The position numbers and the translations under genes are program-made. 64,000 nt of DNA. Origin: Bilabrum cf. latius. Lineage: Eukaryota. The DNA is taken from positions 1 through 64,000 of the forward strand of contig OZ237748.1 of the NCBI GenBank assembly GCA_965178125.1, read 5' to 3'. Shown here piece by piece: positions 62,001 through 64,000 of the stretch (positions are counted from its first letter, which is position 1; every line of letters begins with the position of its first letter). Under the pieces are notes generated by a model that saw only the letters and a program-made list of their open reading frames with translations, had not been told where the DNA came from and searched no databases.

Positions 62001-63683
62001 CCCCGCCATCAGCATAGCCAAGGCCTCCCTCCGCAGTGCATTCGGGAGGTAGCCTGGGTCATCCCACACCGGCTTGAATTCGTCCTCCTACCCAGCTGCA
62101 TTTGGGCCCATGCCACTTCCACCTCCAACACCAACGCCGTCCTCTTCTTCTTCTTCTTCTTCCTCTTCCTGCTTCGCCCCGATGAAGGACAGCAGGGAGT
62201 CCACCACGCCACCTCCTATCTCTTTGCTGGAACTAGAGTCACCTCCCGACTCATCGGCGGCGGCACCGGCACTGGCACTGCTCGTGCGATGCCCGTCCAG
62301 AGCGCCCGCAGCGACCTGCAAAGGGGCGCTCAATCCACCGGTGGACTCCCCCGCCCCTTTGGCCACGTCCTCCGCCGTCATACCCTCGGGCAGGCAGCCC
62401 ATCGCCGCAACCGCAGCCCCCTGGCCCCCGTGCCGCAGCTCGTCACGCAGGAACGGCCCGCTGCCCAGCGTGCCAGGGAGACTGGCCGAAGAGCTCGATG
62501 TCAGCGATGCTGATGCTAATGCTAATGATGGCAACGCACCCGCAGATCCACGGTCACCTTTGGTCGATCGTGTCTCGCCAGCTGGCTCCTCCCCTTCCCT
62601 CTCCTCTTCCACCTCCTCATGCTGCCAGTCGCTGGCCAATCTGGCCCTCCCCTGCCCCTTGGCGTCCAGAAACCTCCTCCGCAGCACGCCAAGCATCTGC
62701 ACCGGTGCCCTGACCGCATCGGGATGTGCCAGCATGTGAGCCAGGGGTGGCAAAGGAGTGTCCGCCCCTGCTCCCATCACCATCCCTGTCCCTTCCCCTT
62801 CCCCTGCCCCCGCCTCCTCCCCAAGGAGAGCCTCCAAACTCACGCCCTCCCCAAGCTGGCATAGCCCAGCATCCGCCGCGGCCCGCTCCGCCGCCAGCTG
62901 CAGTGCCATGGCCACAGTCCCACACCGTGCCATGCCCGCGGGAGAATCCGCCTGGCATGCCATACCCACTCCAATGGACCATTCAGGCGATCGACTGGCC
63001 GCCCATGCGCCCCGCCACGGGCCTAGATCCACTGGGATATCCAAGGATGCGGACGAGGACGAGGACGAGGACGAGGATGGGGCGCCTGCAGCACCACCAG
63101 CACTTGGGGCCCCCCGAGCTATCACATCTCCTGGATCGGTGTGACGAGCAATATCTTGGACCCCGGCGGCTGCATCGATCGCTCGCGAGTCCTGCTCTTC
63201 TCGCATGGCCCGCACATCGACAGGCACCCCCAGCCACATGCGACCGGCCCGAGGCCCATGCGAGCGCAGCCAGATGCCCGCCGCGGCTTCCTCGGCGAGA
63301 GGGGCTGCGGCCTAGGCCCACAGCCGCAGCAAGCCCGATGAAGCGGCTGAATTTACGGACTTGTGACCGGCCTTGCGGCTGCCTGCTATTCCAATTTGGA
63401 CCTGCTTGCTCATGGCTGTCTGCAGCTTCGCGAGACCTCTAGCGAAACGTCGCTCTCGCTCCTTTCGTCGAGATGGGCTCCAGAACTCGACCGGCCTCCG
63501 TGGAATGGTGTAGGTTACAGAAATAGGAATCATTGGTAGCTTATGGTCAGTCTTGTCGTGCTACACGTCTCCGACTGGATTCGGCTCGCTGCATTCCGCT
63601 TGGCTGCCGTCCTCTGTTCGTAACGCGTCCAAGTCCAGCGAGTTGATGGCGAACTACATCCATGAAGAAACAGTGGACGACAT
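59040..63683 (-). CDS. 1547-aa Gly/Ala-rich protein of unknown function (TAG read as Gln)
   Basis: Pieces 63312, 62088, 61185, 60225 and 59346 share a frame. The frame is open from ATG 63683 to TAA at 59040-59042, with 9 TAG and no internal TAA/TGA. Confidence 0.8.
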
Positions 63684-64000
63684 GTCAATAGATGTATCCC
63701 TATGTTTTTACTGTACGACCTTGTTTCAGTTTGTGTGACATATACCAGACTTCTAAAAATGTGCACCGTACCCCTGTTTGAAAGAGCGAGAACTGCAACT
63801 CAGGTCAATACGCTAGGATGCCAACGCTTCGGGAGGAAACCATTAAAGAATTTGGAGACGATGCTACGAAAGACCTGTTCGGTCTGCTCGGATGCACTGC
63901 CAAGAGCTCGCCAGCCGAACTACGACGCGGTTATCTGCGCTGCTCGCTGCGATACCATCCCGACAAGGGCGGAGATCCAAACAAATTTCGGGTAGTCAGC

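Noticed and set aside
24591-63683. Interpreting the fragmented genes as pseudogenes or as systematic sequencing error
   Set aside because: The interruptions are only TAG, on both strands, with no frameshifts and intact catalytic motifs. The bacterial part shows no such interruptions.
24591-63683. TAG as pyrrolysine, Leu, Tyr or Glu, or a ciliate-type TAR=Gln code
   Set aside because: The two most informative sites (HQD, WDTxxQ) point to Gln and no pyl genes are seen. TAA never occurs inside the long frames and ends two genes. One TAG aligns to GAG in a pseudogene copy, which is too weak to favour Glu.

Overview
The window joins two different kinds of DNA. Bases 1-3441 are an AT-rich, gene-dense bacterial fragment, probably Bacteroidota (secreted protein, SRPBCC, DUF2892, ECF sigma factor, YciI, truncated VOC gene), using TAG as a stop. 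From 3442 on it is the left end of a GC-rich eukaryotic chromosome, probably a heterotrophic protist and plausibly a stramenopile. It has five same-orientation (CCCTAA)n tracts separated by satellite and ORF cassettes (3442-21649), followed by a gene-rich region. The main result is that the eukaryotic part uses a non-standard nuclear code: TAG is a sense codon, best read as Gln, while TAA and TGA still terminate. Reading through about 68 in-frame TAGs (hand count) merges dozens of ORF-track fragments into a few long same-frame genes with no internal TAA or TGA. These are a 1591-aa subtelomeric orphan, a ~4100-aa cadherin/IPT multi-TM protein, an 862-aa secreted protein, a ~2250-aa ABCG transporter, a PhyH dioxygenase, a bulb-type lectin and a 1547-aa unknown protein; three divergent intron-containing Rab-like GTPases lie among them. 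TAG sits at conserved Gln positions (PhyH H-*-D, Rab WDTNT*). All translations and counts were done by hand and no database searches were run.
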